64,000 nt of DNA from Macrostomum lignano (GCA_002269645.1 NIVC01000896.1:62001-126000); one strand, 5' to 3'; shown: positions 21,926-33,860, counted from the first letter of the stretch. Notes: generated from the sequence alone by a model not told the origin. Numbers and translations are program-made.

Positions 21926-23674
21926 TTAGCCAGCATTACTGAGTTCATCATCGCTGTAATCCAACTGCTGACGATCAGAGGAGACCGAGTGAGCGCGCAT
22001 TCGACCTCTAGCAAAAAGATCGTCCTCTTCCACACTTTCTGGAAGGCGCCGACCGCGCGTCTCGGGAAGGCAGCACAAGACAGTGAGCAGCACAGCGACT
22101 AGCGGCCCCGCTGCGAACACGAGAAACGGCAAAGGTGCCCAAACTGACGCCAGGTTTTGAGCGAGCGTGCTAAGCAGAGCGCCTACTCTAGCTAAAGTGG
22201 AGCTGCTGCCTACACCGATACTTCTGAGCGCCGTTGGAAATAACTCAGCAGCGTACAGCCATGACAAGTCGAAAGCCATTGTGATCCAAAACTTGCCTGT
22301 TATGGCAGCGACCATGCGCCAAGTCTCCAGATGGGGCCACAGCACCAGAAGGCCCGTGGCAGCCAGAGACAGGGCAGCCAAGCCGAACGAAAGTCCGATG
22401 GAGGGTCGGCGGCCGAAGCGAAAGCTGAGCAGCAGGCAAACCAAGCGGGAGAACGGCTCTACAGCGGCTAAAATGATTTGATTAACAAATATATCGCTGC
22501 CAAGGCTGTCAACGCTGAGCGAGAGGCCAAAGTAGGCCATCGATACGCCAAAAAAGATTGACCAGTTAGTCAGGGTGATTCGGAGAATTCCCAACCGGCT
22601 GAACAGCTGCCACACCCGTGCTCTTGCCGCGTCCTTATTCGTCTTGATCGATTGCTCCGAAGTGGCGATGGCTCGGCTTGAGAAGTCGGGACGCAATGGA
22701 CGACGATTTATCCGACTTATTCGGTGAAAAACCTTGTCAGCTTGCTCATACCTGCCTGTGGAGATCAGCCACCGAGGTGACTCGCTGAGAAAGGGCACCA
22801 AAATGAGCAAGAGAACCATAGAAATTCCTGAGTACAACAGAAGCTTCTGGTAGTCACGTTCAAAGTAGGCCATTAACGTGAATATCAGCAAGCCGAGTGT
22901 CCAGCCGTTGTGCACCATAAATCCCCACATAGCCCTATGCTTTGTATCTGTATTCTCAAGCGCGTAAGTGTACAAGCATGTGAGCAGACCTCCGTTGCCA
23001 AATCCAGCTAATAGCTGCAAAGACCAGTAGAGCCACAATATTGGCGCAAAAGATGCAGCGGTGATGCATAGAGACAAGTTTAGCGCGCTGATCCAAATGA
23101 TTTTTAATCGGCCAAATCCGTCAGCCAGCGCTCCGTAGAAGGAGCAGCCGACCAGGAAACCAATGAAATAGAACGTGGTGGCCAGGTGGGCCATCCAAGC
23201 CCGGTCGCAAACCAGTTCAAATCGAGAGACGGATGTTTCTCTGAAAACGTCGCTACGGAAGCTGAACTGGGTGCAAGGCAGTCGAATTTGCTTATCTTCG
23301 TCCGACATTGAAGTCGAGCAGTTGTAAACAAGCCAACACTGTTGGGGCGGACTTGAATCCAATGTGCAATTATCAGTTGCTAAGCTGGTCGGAGTGGTTG
23401 CTGTTGTTGAAGAGCTGCTGAAACTGCTGCAGTTGAACCGCATGCCAGCCGCTGTAAAGTTCGGCGACAAAGTGATCATACCGGGAAAAGCTTTGCCCAG
23501 CATCATCAAGATGAGCACAGCGATGTTGTACCGACCCGCTCCGCCCAGATACTCATAGATCGACTCTATGCTCGAGAAGTGCTCCACTGGTTGCTGTTCT
23601 TCGCTGTTGCCTGGTGATTCATGTTCAGAGTTTTGTACGGATGCTCTTGACGCAGCAGCTTCCCCTGATGCCAT
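21926..23674 (-). CDS. SLC22-family transporter, paralogue 3, intronless CDS (582 aa)
   Basis: Single ORF with YEYLGGAGRY, FELVCD, ADGFGR, ESPRWL, AELFPTALR and PETRGRRLP. Confidence 0.95.
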   Translation of the reverse strand: MASGEAAASRASVQNSEHESPGNSEEQQPVEHFSSIESIYEYLGGAGRYNIAVLILMMLGKAFPGMITLSPNFTAAGMRFNCSSFSSSSTTATTPTSLATDNCTLDSSPPQQCWLVYNCSTSMSDEDKQIRLPCTQFSFRSDVFRETSVSRFELVCDRAWMAHLATTFYFIGFLVGCSFYGALADGFGRLKIIWISALNLSLCITAASFAPILWLYWSLQLLAGFGNGGLLTCLYTYALENTDTKHRAMWGFMVHNGWTLGLLIFTLMAYFERDYQKLLLYSGISMVLLLILVPFLSESPRWLISTGRYEQADKVFHRISRINRRPLRPDFSSRAIATSEQSIKTNKDAARARVWQLFSRLGILRITLTNWSIFFGVSMAYFGLSLSVDSLGSDIFVNQIILAAVEPFSRLVCLLLSFRFGRRPSIGLSFGLAALSLAATGLLVLWPHLETWRMVAAITGKFWITMAFDLSWLYAAELFPTALRSIGVGSSSTLARVGALLSTLAQNLASVWAPLPFLVFAAGPLVAVLLTVLCCLPETRGRRLPESVEEDDLFARGRMRAHSVSSDRQQLDYSDDELSNAG

Positions 23675-23965
23675 GTGGTCCCTGCTGTCTAGTGGTGAGT
23701 ATCTATATGGGGCTGTTTTATTTAGTCTGCAAAAAGTCTATCGAAATCTTTTTTATTATGGAACAAAAATTATCGAATAAATGCAGATTTTTCTAGTTCA
23801 GGCTCGTACGCATGTGCATTCCTGCAATATCTGCTTCGGGCCCTGTACACCTGTTCATAGATTCTAGATAAGCCCTATAGTACGAATAATTAGTGCTTTT
23901 AACTGCCAATTTGGTGGGTAGAGAAACACACCCTTGCCATACTGGCTGAAGTACTGGCACACAGT

Positions 23966-26900
23966 TCACATTAAAACGCACCACCTAAAAGACCCAGTCC
24001 GCAACTCACTGTCTCTATCGAAATGCAGTACGACTCCGCCTAGAAAAACCTTCTTCCCAGGCACCAGTCTGTAGTTGTCCCATACGGTGAGCTCCAGTGC
24101 TCGGCTGTGCAGCTCGCGGACTGACATATTCTCAAATTTGAGCACCAAATTCCAAACTGGACTGCAAGACTTTTGCACCGGGGGAGTTTTGCGCTTTGAT
24201 TTCGCTGATCGGTCCGGTAGAAGGCAGCTGAAAATGAAAGTGAAAATTCAACCTGATAAACTAAGCTTTTCTGCACACAGACTTTATTTGAAAATGTTCT
24301 TTCTGTCAGGGGTGTAGCCTGGGGCGCCAGAACCAGGGGCACCAGAACCAGGGGCGCCAGAACCAGGGGCGCCAGAACCAGGGCGCCAGAACCAGGGGCG
24401 CCAGAACCAGGGCGCCAGAACCAGGGCGCCAAAACCAGGGCGCCAGAACCAGGGCGCCAAAACCAGGGCGCCAGAACCAGGGCGCCAAACCAGGGCGCCA
24501 GAACCAGAGGTGCTAGAACCAGGGGCGTCAGAACCAGGGGCGCCAGCACCAGGGGCGCCAGAACCAGGGGCGCTATGGATACGTTCGCTCCACTTTTTCT
24601 CACTTTATCACAACTATAAAAACATACCTCGCGCTTTTCATGCTACTGTTAGTAGAGAATTATTAATCTCGTCTTATATTTCTCGCAAAACAGTATTAAG
24701 CATTCAGTTTTTCTCATAAAGATTTGGTGAAACGCAGAAAAAAAATATCTCACAGCTTCACGTATGGATCCGCCGGCTGAGATCCCAGCCTTGACGATGG
24801 CAGATGGCGGGCCTCTTTCACCCAGATGCGCAGTTCGCCACAGCTCACAACCTGGTTAATGTCCGTGATGTTCACATTGTCGGAAGTGACGTATTTCAAT
24901 GAGAGCGTCACCTCGCCAACGTATTTGCTGTGCGCCAGCTGCAGCTCCAGCGAAGGCGCCGGCCGGTGAAAACTGAACCAAAGCGCGTCTTTGCACTGCA
25001 GTGTGCTCAAGCTCATGGGCAGCTCCAATTCGCCGAGAAGAACGTCCGACTGCAGCAGATCGGTGCTATGCCAGGCTGATACGTGCAGCTTGCGAGTTTC
25101 CAGATCAGAAAGGGTGATGGAGTACTGCCGGAGTGAGAAGGGGATGTATCAGTATAGTTATCAGTGCGCTAATGTCAGTATTGGCATAAATTTCCACAGG
25201 ATGGCTGTGGGCCCCTGGCTCAAGTGCGCCAATACTCACGCAGGGTGTACAGAGGCCTCTTAGCTTTCTAATCGTCAGGCATGTACACTCTCTGTGCGAT
25301 GGGGTGGGGGGGGGGAGCTGGCCCTCATAGGTATAAATCGCAAAAAAGAACCCTCCAAATGAATGCGGTCGTAGACTGAGAGCCAGACGCATCATACGAA
25401 ACAATAGTAGTTTCAAATTTTACTGCCGAATCGAACGAATTGATTTTCGGCGGGTCTCTACTATCATCTGGGGGATAATATCTACAAGAAACTGCATAGA
25501 AGCCATCCGCTCTCGTTTGTAGCTTAGCGTGAGAGCAATAAACTCCCCGCCTTTGCACTTTGAGGACTAGCACACGAAGACAGCTAGTGAAGGGGGAAGA
25601 ACTTCCCTACTCATTTGAGAGATCCCAATATTTGCATCGCCGGCCGGGGGGGCGTAGGCTTAGCCTGAGTGGACTGGTAAAATGGCTGCGCGAACGACTG
25701 CCGTTGAAAAAGAAACCGCAGAGAAAAGAGCGTTGCAAGGGTTCGAGTCTCTTGGGAAGAGAAGCAGAGAGAGGGAGAGAGAGAGAGCTAGTCCACCCTC
25801 ATGCGACTCGCTCTGAGATCGGGGTGAGATCAGATAGAAAAAAAGTTGTATATTCCGGGCACCGTGCTCCTCCTCACTCGATGTCTCCTTTGGGATTCTT
25901 TTTAAAAAAACCTCTCGCGGGCGCTCCCATGCCGGCAATTTTCGGCGCTGAGAATTTTCAGAGGAGAGAACGAATCAGCATGTAGGAGAACCTTTTCTAA
26001 ACTGAGAGATAAACCAGCTTTTTGCCTTCTTCTATTTCTTTCTTTATAACCCCTTTTTAGTGGATTTCAGACGGTCAAAGAAGTACTGAAAGAGAAGGGC
26101 TGGCGCAAGTCGAAGAAATTTCTACGATAATTGCTGTCTTCTTACGAAATTTTTTAGGCTTCAAGTTTAGAAGAGTCCTCTCATTGCGAGCATGTACTGG
26201 AAATAGTTGCTCAGCAGGCATACCTGCGGCGAAAATACCGGTTTGAAGTAGATTATACGTGGGGACGCTTAAGAAGCTGTTATTGAAGTCTTAGGAACAG
26301 CTTTACTGCAAATTCTCTCAACTCAGATTAGGCAAAAGCTCTGAAATCTATGATTTATGGGAACCCGGAGAGAGAAAGAAAAATGCAAGTCTAAGGGATG
26401 AGCCCTCTTAAGCACTAAACTGCTTCATTCGTGAAATTTGAAAAAGCAACGTTTAACCGTGGCGTAACTAAAAAAAACTTGCCTTGAGCTTCTCATCAAA
26501 TATCGGAGACTGGGTGTTCTTCTTCACTTTGGTGCGACGCTTCGCTTTGTGCGTCTGATCCGGTAATAGACAGGTTCTTACGTAGCTGAAATTAAAGAAC
26601 ATGATGGCATTATGAGTGCACCGACTACTTACATGTACTCGTCAACTAGTTATTAATCCAGAACTTCGACACTAGAAGAAGCTACTCACTTACAACGAAA
26701 GAGAATAGCTGAATTCATACAAAAAAACAATACTTTTCTAACTACCACTAGTAGTTTTGCGCATCAGACATCGTTGAAAATAGTACAGCTTTTTGCAGCC
26801 CATTTGGGCTTACGCGCATTGAATTTAATCCAAGATATCAAGATATGTTTGCCAAAGTAATGGAGCTTTTGTCTATGGTAGCAAGGCTGGCACAACAGCA

Positions 26901-29900
26901 TTTAATTTGGTCCAAGAAGCATCAATTTGGTCCATTTGCAGCTCAGTCCCAGAATTGTGGACCATATGCTAGGCTGTTGAACGAATGCCATTGGCTTGTG
27001 ATCGAAGCACTCGACAGAAGTGAACACTCAAAGGACATTGCAAGGTTGCTGAATGTAAAAGAAAAGATGGTTTGCAGCATCCATCAGCGCGTTGAAACTC
27101 TGCCGGCAGAGATTGCCTGCGAAAGGGTGGCAATTGCCAAGGCAAGTTGCTCGAGAGCCTCAGGTCCAACTGCTACTCGATGCAGTTGAGACGAACCCTT
27201 TGTTGACGTTGCCGAAATGCAGCAGAAGTTAAAAGAACAGTTCCAGTTGGTTATCAGATTTCGACTATAAGCAGAGCTCTGGAAAAGCGACTGAAAATTG
27301 TTGGTAGAGATGCCGACATTCCAGCGGTACGCAGCAGCCTGCAGACGGTTGCGAGAAGGCAGGAGTTTGCCGAATGGCTCACGAGCGTTTGGACCAAATT
27401 AATGCTTGTTGAACCAAATTAAATGCTGCTGTGCCAGCCTTGCTACCATAGACAAAAGCTTTATTACATTGGCAAACATATCTTGGATTAAATTCAATGC
27501 GCGTAAGCCCAAATGGGCTGCAAAATGCTATACTTTAAAGGGCCTCAGCAAATGGTAAAAAGATTTAAACAAAGGCTGTGTACCACTAGCGATAATGTAA
27601 ACCGGTCATTGTTAGTATGTCTGTGGGTCGAAGGTTGCTCGAATTAAAGTATAAATAAAATCACGTCATACAGTTGCTACCGTATGCACTTTGTATGAAA
27701 TTTGTGTGTACTTGTTTATCAACCCCTTTGTACATTGTCCGTCAAAAGAGCATTTGAATCCCACCTCAAGACTTGTGTAAAAATCATTCGGTAGCGGACG
27801 TACGATCCTGAAAATATCGCCTCTGCACATCACCATTAGCTTCTAATTTTTAATAATTACCAGTCCGTTCTGCCTTTCTTAGCGTCTCCAAACGGCAATC
27901 CGCGGCACTCGATGACGTGCACTTGGAACACGGCCGACTTGAAGTTGAACTCCAAGGCTAGCTTCACCTCGCCGAGTCCTCCTCTGCCGCCGCCGCAGTA
28001 CCGAATTCCTGCGGCGCACGACGCGCCGTCTTCAAAAGTCGGTGGCGACAGGCAGCGATTGAGGACGCACCGCCGAGCAGCAAGGAGGGCGCGGGAGTTG
28101 TTGCCAGAGGCGGCGGCACAGTCAGGGATGCGGCTCTGCCTACCAGGCCAGGGCGGGGGCAGCTTACGGACAGGAGGTCCAGTTCGTCCTCGTCGTCTAC
28201 GCCGACTACAGTTTCATTGACAACAACGTCGATGTCCGATGAACCGAGGTCTGCAGGTAAACCGCTGACAGACGGACTCTGCTGCTGCTCCCTGGTAACT
28301 GGTTGCCCCTGTGGTGATGGCCTTTTGAAGATTGGATGACCTGTTTTGGATAAAGCAAATGTTATTGACTTTTCTTTGGCTTTCGAAAATTTAGAAATGG
28401 CTTCATCTCAAAGGCATGCAGCCTCACTCCTCTTCGAAAGTCAAGAGCCATTTCGAAATAAAATTTTAATTAATTTTATTCAAATAGTGTTAAATACAGC
28501 TGAATAGGTTCATTTAATCTAAATTGCTTGATTGCTTGATTGATTGCTTGGTCGTCACTTACCGAATTGAGCCATTCCGCCACTGCCGCCACCAATACTG
28601 GCACTGCCGTCGGCTGCATCTCCGTTAGTCATCAACGGCGGCGGCCAGCACTTGGCCTGGTGGGCCCACAGGAACCGGACTATTTCTGTGTGCAATTGGC
28701 CACAGAGTTTCATCGCGTAAAAAGTAGCGAAGGAAACGAAATCAATAACGGGGCTTAGGAGAAATGGACTAAAATCCCTAGGGGATTTTTCTGGGCTAGT
28801 TGCTCGCGAGTAAAGTTGATGAAGGAGTCCAGAGAACTGAAGTAAAAGCTCTCACTGAAATAACTCAGGCCCTTCTAAAACTACTTTTTATGACCAACAT
28901 CGGGACAAAATTTATGGACAGATTTTTTAGAAAAACATATATGAACATCGCCAACCTGGTGTTTCAGCTTTCTCAACCTCAGCTCCGGAAGCAACTCCTC
29001 CGTCCTCATCCTCCGTGGCATCAAACTCATCGCACTCGCTGTAGTCAGACTCTGCTACCGCTGCTGACGCCGCAGCGGTGGCCCCGTTACTGTCTTGCTC
29101 GACTGCATCGTCCAGCTGACTGCGCTGCTGCCCGCCGCTGCTGCTGCATCGGCGGCGTCGACGGCGTCGGCGAAATCGACAGCTCGGATCGGTTGGCGTT
29201 GAAGCCTCTGGTGGGGGCGGACTGTCCTTGAATCGGCGAGTGGACACTCTGTAGACTTTGTAGGTTAGTCGCTCCTGGTCTCGCTCCTGCTGCTGCTCAT
29301 CTTGAGAGACTTCCTCCGGTGTTTCTGACACGACTGTCAAACTGCCTGCAAGGTTGGACCGCAAAAAAAAGAATCAGGACATGCATTATGAAAGGTCGAA
29401 AGGAGCTATTTTAGTCGAAAAGTAGCAAAATTCAATCTTGTAATCATCTTCTTTTCTTTCCGCCGCAAATTCAGCTGATTAAAGAGCAGAGTGGACTGCT
29501 TAATTTTAGACGACACTGCATTATCTCACCCTAAAGTGAGTTGGCCTTTTTCATCGTTCTGTAAGCAATATTTGCGATTGTGGGGATTTAGCCCCTCGTT
29601 ACTGAGAAAATAAACTCTTGAACTCCCATTTCTTGCACTGTAGGTTGAGTGTCTTAAGCAGTCGTTATGATGCCTTATTAAATCATTAACTTTTTTACTT
29701 AGAATGCTGAGAATAAGCACAGGCAAAAAACCGGCCTTCTTACCAGACAGCTTATCAAACAGAGTGCTCAGAAAGTCTTGTTGCTGTTGCGGCTGCTGCT
29801 GCGATTGATCAGAGGCGGTGGCCACGCTCTCGGAGCTGCTGAGCAGGGTCGTGTTGAGCCTTCGCAAGTTTAACCAACTGTTTGATGCAATTTCTGGGAG

Positions 29901-32900
29901 TCTGAAAAAGGGTTTCGAGAGCCAGTGTGGAAATAATTTGGCCCTAAAGTCCGGACCTGAATTTCGAGTCAGCCCACAGAGTGCAGCCAGAGCTTCAGAG
30001 AGAGACAGAAAAAATATCCAGGCAGAGAAGAGTGCAAGGAGCAGGCAATAACCGATTCTCTTCCAGAACAACTTCGACTTGCAACGCTTGATCCGCGAGG
30101 CGAAGAGGCGGATGATTTTGGAGAATGTTGCCGCCGCTGCTGGAAGGTGCAGAGGCCCGACAGCTCCTTCTTTGCTGGGGTTGGAAAAGCAATCACTGCT
30201 GGTTTGGGGTGGGGTGTGGGCTTCTATTTCCATTCCACTTCGCTGGGCTGCAGTTCTTCTTGCTAGACTCTCTCCTTTTCTGCTTTTCTGGTGGTGCTCA
30301 ATCATACTCAGCAACGCAGCGAGCTCAAAGGCAGAGAGGGGGCTGCTAGCCTGTGGCGGAGGTGATTAAAGGTTTATGGCGCAAAGGGATGCTGAGAAAG
30401 GGAGAGAAAGAGATGAATAAAGAAAAACTTGGGCGGCCTTGTAGGTCGGGGAAAAGTGGAAGCATATGATGAACTTCTTGGCTTCATATTTTCTTGTTTC
30501 GTTTTCCGAAAAGCATGCAGGTAAGCATTCATATTTCGCATAATATCTTGCAAAAGGATTCTGCTGTTCAAAGTTATTGTTATGAAACTAGGCAGTTCTA
30601 GTATTTCGTGCTTTGGTTGCCCACTCTGTACATAGTATCAAAAGTACATATTTCATAACCTAATTTGACTCTTTGACTTTGAGTTTTTATGTCGAAAGTA
30701 CTTGCTATATGTTTCAAATCATTAATCATATATTCTGATACTTTTCTCTGAAATGCTTCAAAAGAGCAAACTATAAAGTACTGAACGTCGAATTACATGT
30801 AAATACAATTTTCTATAGAAAAGCAGTTCCCTCTTCAAACCTTGAACATTGTCATTGGCTGCATTGCATGCAAGTGAAGCTTTAACAAAAATTGATTCTT
30901 AAAACTGACGAGCCAAGATTGAGAGGGAGTTCGGGGTGGCCTTGCACGCATTGAAATGCAGCCTCACTGCCAAAATCTCTAAGCAGTCGCTGGGTCTACG
31001 CACTGACCGAAATCTGAGACCTCAGAGTCCTTAATGCGACGCTGTCCTTTACGGGTTATAGGCCATCCCAAGCCAAGGGCAGGCAGCGGGGCGGCTGTAG
31101 TCCCCTTGCTTATAGCCCCATTTTCAGCTCCCCGTCATATCCCTCCACCACCATCAACCTTCTCAATATCCTCTCCCCCCTCTGCAAACGTCCTCCTTCT
31201 CCCTGTGCAGCACTAGATATCCACTCAAAAATTGAATTAAGCTTCAAACGGCCTGTCCATTCCTTTAGCGTCGGAGTCTGTCGGATTTCCCCCCCTTGCA
31301 GACTGCCTCCCCTGTCCCACCTCCGGCCCCTCCCACAGCCGCCACCGCTGTCTGCAATAGAGTAGAGAGGGATAGCGGTAGAATGTAATTCAACTGGACC
31401 ATAGCATAGTGACGTCCACTAGCGCATGGATTTTATCAACTGTGAGTGACTCCAGTTATATTAATGAGGATGACCCTAGTGCGGCAGAATTTTGTACTGT
31501 ATATAAGCATTGGGAATTTGCACTAAGCTATTAATTCTTTGGTCGTTTTCTCTCTATCTATCTCTCTCCTTCCTTCTATTTCTCTATCTCCCCATCGCAC
31601 GCAACGCGTTTACTCTGACTTAATGGGACTCACGCCTTGGAGCCTGAGCGTTAGTTGTAGTTTTATTAGGAGTTACAATGTACAGCTTAGCGAAGCGGGC
31701 AGAGTGAGAGACAGAAAGATGAGGGGAAGAGAGAGACACGCACTGTGAAGCTGCATGCTGGCACCTTTAGCTTTTGGAGGGTTGCGGCCCGTGGGGGGGG
31801 GCAGAATTTTTGGACCCGCAACTTTGGGAGATTAATTATTTATTCAGCTACGGTCCAGACAGAGACAGCAGCCTGGAACTGATCGACGCTTCCAGTTCTC
31901 CCATCCCATCTCTGCCACCTCACCCCAAAAAATGTTTAGTTTCTTCTAAGTTAGTCCTTGCTTCATCACTGTTTTTATCTTTCTTTCTTTACAGAATAGT
32001 ATTAATCATCTACCGTGCAACATTCCGAAGTCCACTGACATACTTAACGTCGATGTAGTGTAAAATTACCCATTTGCCAATGATGTCGAAATCGGATTGC
32101 TGCATAGGTCTACATGTAAGAAGTTGTATCCTTGAGGACTAGCGGTGCTATGCTACTCAAACTTCACCATCAGACAACAAGTTCATCACCCCGTTTGAGA
32201 GCCCTTGAGTCCGAGTAAAAATAGAACTAATGACGATCCCTCAGCCCCCCGCGTTTCCAAATCGATCCAGTTCAGTCCTCAGCTCACGCAAGTTAAGCTG
32301 CATGGCGCCTTATTCTTTTCCGTTCGCGGTCCGAGCAAAAATAACGGTGCATTTTAGGCCTGGCTTTGACCAAACTTCTACCTTTCTTTCTCTCCCTTGC
32401 CATGCATTATCGACTGCTGTGGTGGGCAGAAAGCACAACTATTTTCACGAGTGAGAAGATAGCGATGTATTCATGTAGATCTTTTCCATCATTACGCTCG
32501 TACACGTTGCTGCGCAATGAGCTGGATGATCTCAGTCACAAAAAAAGCTGAAATCCAATCGGTTTTCAAAGCAAAAAATTCCTCTGGAGTTTGATAATAA
32601 GATACTAAGAGTTACAGAGCATCGAAATAAAAAAATATAATTTCGAATTCTTTAGAGTTCAAGGACCTCAATTGACATTAGCTTGTAGTGGCGTCCCAAT
32701 ATTTTGTCTCTTGGTGGCCGCCCCTGTCTCTTGGTGGAAGCCTTTGTCTCTTGGTGGCAGCCTTTGTCTCTTGGTGAGCGCCCCTGTCTCTTGGTGGGCG
32801 CCCCGGTCTCTTGGTGCGCACCCCTGTCTCTTGGTGGCGCCCCTGTCTCTTGGTGGCCGCCCCTGTCTCTTGGTGACAGCCTTTGTCTCTTGGTGAGCGC

Positions 32901-33860
32901 CCCTGTCTCTTGGTGGGCGCCCCTGTCTCTTGTTTAGGTGCCCCTGTCTCTTGGTGAGCGCCCCTGTCTCTTGGTGGGCGCCCCTGTCTCTTGGTGGCGC
33001 CCCTGTCTCTTGGTGAGCGCCCCTGTCTCTTGGTGGGCGCCCCTATCTCTTGTTTAGGTGCCCCTGTCTCTTGGTGAGCGCCCCTGTCTCTTGGTGGGCG
33101 CCCCTGTCTCTTGGTGAGCGCCCCTGTCTCTTGGTGAGCGCCCCTGTCTCTTGGTGAGCGCCCCTGTCTCTTGGGGGGGCGCCCCTGTCTCTTGGTGGGC
33201 GCCCCTGTCTCTTGGTGGGCGCTCCTGTCTCTCAGGTGGGCGCACCTGTCTCTCTCTTGGTGGGCGCCCCTGCCTCTTGGTGGGTGCCCCTGTCTTTTGG
33301 TGGGCGCATCTACCCCCTGTCTTTTAGCTAGAGGTAGTAAAAATTGATGCCATATCTTAGAGCTTGTTTGCCTCTTTCATTCAGTTTTTAAATCGGCGCA
33401 ATTTTATGTAGGCGATTGGGGGGGACGCCTCTGGGGGCATGTCTGGAGAGAGACTAGCTCACTCTGTGGGCTTCAATGCTAATTAATCGAGGACAGTAAT
33501 ATGTCACTCAATATATTGGAGGTAAGCCCCATTAATTAGCCTACCTTGAGTAGGACTGACTCAACGAGGTCAGAGAAGAGTGAGCCGAAGCATCCGCCAT
33601 CAGCATTTCGTCCTTCTTTTGTGCACGCCGTTGCCTGTAAACCGGATAGTGCACCATAGAATTAAATTTCATAGAGACTTCTGATGAATCATTTAAAAAT
33701 ATTACCTCAGCCTTTCCTTCTCTTGTCGTCTATTTTTTTCACTTCGCTGCTTGACTTTGACAACTGTCTCGGGCTCCTGTTGCGATAGAAAGTGGATGGT
33801 GATGAAGTCAGACTCGTCATCTTCCAGGCCGCTAGGGTCGGCGGCATCGGTTGAGGTCAT
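23966..33860 (-). CDS. synaptotagmin-like (Slp/SYTL-type) tandem-C2 protein. Inferred exons: 33860-33706, [link unresolved], 30350-29744, 29345-28956, 28685-28563, 28250-28168, 28135-27861, 26585-26483, 25124-24754, 24227-23966
   Basis: C2A: GEVKLALEFNFKSAVFQVHVIECRGL...YVRTCLLPDQTHKAKRRTKVKKNTQSPIFDEKLKYSI...LHVSAWH...LLGE. C2B: GELRIWVKEARHL...DPYVKLCLLPDRSAKSKRKT...ALELTVWD...FLGGV. Exon 1 resembles the SHD1 helix (IHFLSQQE...VKQRSEKNRRQEKERL). Splice phases are consistent from 30350 to the stop. Confidence 0.8.
24318..24575. repeat. 14-15-bp GC-rich minisatellite (GGGGCGCCAGAACCA)n in an Slp intron
   Basis: Direct reading; ~17 copies. Confidence 0.95.
26786..27530 (+). mobile_element. 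internally deleted Tc1/IS630-like DNA transposon (745 bp) in an Slp intron
   Basis: ~150-bp imperfect TIRs (CAGCTTTTTGCAGCCCATTTGGG.../...CCCAAATGGGCTGCAAAATGCTA) flanked by TA at 26784-26785 and 27531-27532. The interior encodes HTH remnants (SKDIARLLNVKEKMVCSIHQR; STISRALEKRLK) and no DDE domain. Confidence 0.88.
32704..33322. repeat. ~20-21-bp minisatellite (GCCCCTGTCTCTTGGTGGGC)n, ~30 copies
   Basis: Direct reading. Confidence 0.95.

Noticed and set aside
23985-24009. 25-nt GTGAGT...TTTAG micro-intron at the end of the Slp gene
   Set aside because: Splicing gives an almost immediate stop, whereas read-through supplies a plausible terminal C2 strand (FRWCVLM).
24040-24603. 187-aa APLVL/PWFWR repeat ORF
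   Set aside because: Translation of the 14-15-bp intronic minisatellite overlapping a real C2B exon in another frame.
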